Assembly (NCBI GenBank): GCA_938091905.1
Contig: CALKOM010000148.1
Location: forward strand, 1 to 27,256
Direction of reading: 5' to 3'
From: an uncultured Verrucomicrobiales bacterium
Lineage (GTDB): Bacteria; Verrucomicrobiota; Verrucomicrobiia; Verrucomicrobiales; DEV007
Length of the DNA stretch: 27,256 nt
The position numbers and the translations under genes are program-made. This document shows positions 25,513 to 27,256 of this stretch, one piece after another (position 1 is the stretch's first letter; every line of letters starts with the position of its first letter). Under the pieces are notes generated by a model that made no database searches, had not been told where the DNA came from, and saw nothing but the letters and a program-made list of their open reading frames with translations.

Positions 25513-27078
25513 ATGAAACGTCTTATCTCAGCATCACTCTTCCTCGTCTCGGTTTTCCTTGCATTCGGTGAGAAGCGCACACCTGTCAGCACACAATCAG
25601 GCCTCGTTTCAGGCGTTCTATTGGAGGAGGCTTCGAGTTTACATGTCTACCGCGGAATCCCTTACGCAGCCCCACCTATCGGTGATCTACGCTGGCGCCC
25701 ACCGCAACCTGCAGCTAAGTGGGACGGGGTTCGCGTTTGTGGCACCTTCAGTAAAGTCCCCCCGCAAAAGCTTCGCGATAGTGCCAAGGCGGTGATCAGC
25801 GAAGACTGCCTCTACTTGAACGTTTGGACCAATCGCGCCCAGAAGCCTGCGGCCAAGTTGCCCGTCATGGTATGGATCCACGGCGGTGGACTCAACACAA
25901 GTTGGGGCCACAAGAGCATGTATGACGGTGCGGCGTTCGCGAAACGAGATGTCGTGCTGGTCTCGATCAATTACCGGTTGGGAGCGTTAGGGTTCCTCGC
26001 GCATTCCGGGCTGTCCGCTGAATCCGAGAATGGCGTCTCAGGCAACTACGGTTTCCTCGACCAGATCGCCGCGCTCAAGTGGGTGAAGGCGAACATCGCG
26101 CAATTTGGCGGCGATCCCGATAAGATCACGATCTTTGGAGAGTCCGCAGGAGGCACCAGTGTCAGTGTTCTCTGTTCCTCACCACTGGCCAAGGGTTTGT
26201 TCCATCGTGCCATCATCCAAAGCCCCTGGATGTTCGGCTACATCGATCAGCTCGCCGCACCTAATATCGTTCATCTCAAGTCAAAGACAGCGAACACCCC
26301 TAGCTCTGAGGATCTCGGTCTGGAATGGGCGAAGCAGCATACCGAGGGCCTTGAAGGTGAGGCTGCCATCAAGAAGCTTCGTACGCTCTCGCCTGACGCC
26401 GTGGTTAGAACCGTCGGGTACTATCGCACTCGTGCCACAGTCGACGGCCACGTCTTACCCGATTATCCTGCTGCCATCTTTGCCGCTGGCAAACAAGCCA
26501 ATGTGCCCACTCTGATTGGCACGACGAAGGATGAAGGGAATTACTTCTTTAACTGGACTAAGATTGCCAGTCGCGTGGAGTTTGTGAACAAGCTCGCCAA
26601 GCACTACGGAGACAATGCCGACAAAGTGGCTGCGCTCTATCCTGGCGACACACCCAAAGCTCTGCAGATTGCTGGTGCAAGATTCGTCACTGACAGCTGG
26701 TTCGTCCAGCCTGCACGGCAATTGTTAGAAGGTATGAGCAAGATTTCGTCGACTGCTTATCAGTATCAGTTCTCCCGTCCGAGCCACAAGTATCCCAAAC
26801 TTGGATCCCCACACGCTATTGAACTCACTTATGTCTTCAATACCCTATCGAACTCTGATCAACGTCCGGCCGATCAGAAGTTTGCTAATCAAATCACCGA
26901 CTACTGGGTTCAATTTGCCCGCACTGGCAATCCAAATCACAAAGACGCGCCGCAATGGCCAGTTTACGACTTGGAACAGCGCCACTATCTCAATCTTGGC
27001 GAAGACTATGAAGTGAGGACGCGCCTCAAAGAGAGAGAATGCGATGTGATTGATGCCGCCTCCTCAATAACGAGATAG
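25513..27078 (+). CDS. Secreted type-B carboxylesterase (para-nitrobenzyl esterase-like)
   Basis: 521 aa. Signal peptide. GIPYAAPPIGDLRW, SEDCLYLNVW, WIHGGG, GESAG nucleophile, GTTKDEG, HAIEL. Confidence 0.93.
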   Translation: MKRLISASLFLVSVFLAFGEKRTPVSTQSGLVSGVLLEEASSLHVYRGIPYAAPPIGDLRWRPPQPAAKWDGVRVCGTFSKVPPQKLRDSAKAVISEDCLYLNVWTNRAQKPAAKLPVMVWIHGGGLNTSWGHKSMYDGAAFAKRDVVLVSINYRLGALGFLAHSGLSAESENGVSGNYGFLDQIAALKWVKANIAQFGGDPDKITIFGESAGGTSVSVLCSSPLAKGLFHRAIIQSPWMFGYIDQLAAPNIVHLKSKTANTPSSEDLGLEWAKQHTEGLEGEAAIKKLRTLSPDAVVRTVGYYRTRATVDGHVLPDYPAAIFAAGKQANVPTLIGTTKDEGNYFFNWTKIASRVEFVNKLAKHYGDNADKVAALYPGDTPKALQIAGARFVTDSWFVQPARQLLEGMSKISSTAYQYQFSRPSHKYPKLGSPHAIELTYVFNTLSNSDQRPADQKFANQITDYWVQFARTGNPNHKDAPQWPVYDLEQRHYLNLGEDYEVRTRLKERECDVIDAASSITR

Positions 27079-27088
27079 CGCATCGGTT

Positions 27089-27256
27089 CTACGAATCACT
27101 GTTTGGCTTGGGATTAACTGTCCATCCTTTCGTGGTCGTTCGTCCGTAGTAAGGATAGTAATCCCAATCATCGGCACCGCGAGTCACTCGAGGATCATTG
27201 GTTTCCCTCAACTGCTTGAACAAACGCTCGCGCAAAGGTTGCTGAATGCTCGTCAT
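27089..27256 (-). CDS. 3' end of a gene entering from the right, probably a sulfatase
   Basis: Manual translation gives ...LRERLFKQLRETNDPRVTRGADDWDYYPYYG...S* (TAG at 27091-27089). Resembles the C-terminal tail of sulfamidase-like sulfatases. Confidence 0.55.
   Translation of the reverse strand: MTSIQQPLRERLFKQLRETNDPRVTRGADDWDYYPYYGRTTTKGWTVNPKPNSDS

Noticed and set aside
1..27256. tRNA, rRNA, CRISPR array, IS or integrase
   Set aside because: None recognised. Intergenic spaces are short and no ORF shows transposase, integrase or Cas motifs. A covariance-model scan was not possible.

Overview
Bacterial window with PVC-superphylum gene content, most like Verrucomicrobia (inferred from DUF1501 plus PSCyt/PSD1 cytochrome genes, sulfatases, a CotH/lamin-tail protein and '...W...YRV*' C-termini). 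It has three blocks. (1) 1-2419: the 5' end of a LamG-like secreted protein, plus two decayed genes (a sulfatase and a secreted beta-sandwich protein). (2) 2507-18107: an intact LamG-themed locus with DUF1501, a PSD1/PSCyt cytochrome carrying a LamG insert, a 1727-aa LamG/Ig protein, a four-helix-bundle gene bracketed by heptamer-based inverted repeats, a NarL-type response regulator, a histidine kinase with a LamG sensor, and a divergent CotH/LTD gene. Three copies of a 20-bp TGTC-N12-GACA palindrome lie upstream of the three large secreted-protein genes, suggesting one regulon. (3) 18165-27256: an arylsulfatase, a pcaR/pcaIJF 3-oxoadipate cluster with a PcaR box but broken pcaJ, pcaF and SDR genes, an aldehyde dehydrogenase, a type-B carboxylesterase and the 3' end of another probable sulfatase. 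No rRNA, tRNA, CRISPR, transposase or reverse transcriptase was seen. All family assignments come from motif recognition by eye, not database searches.
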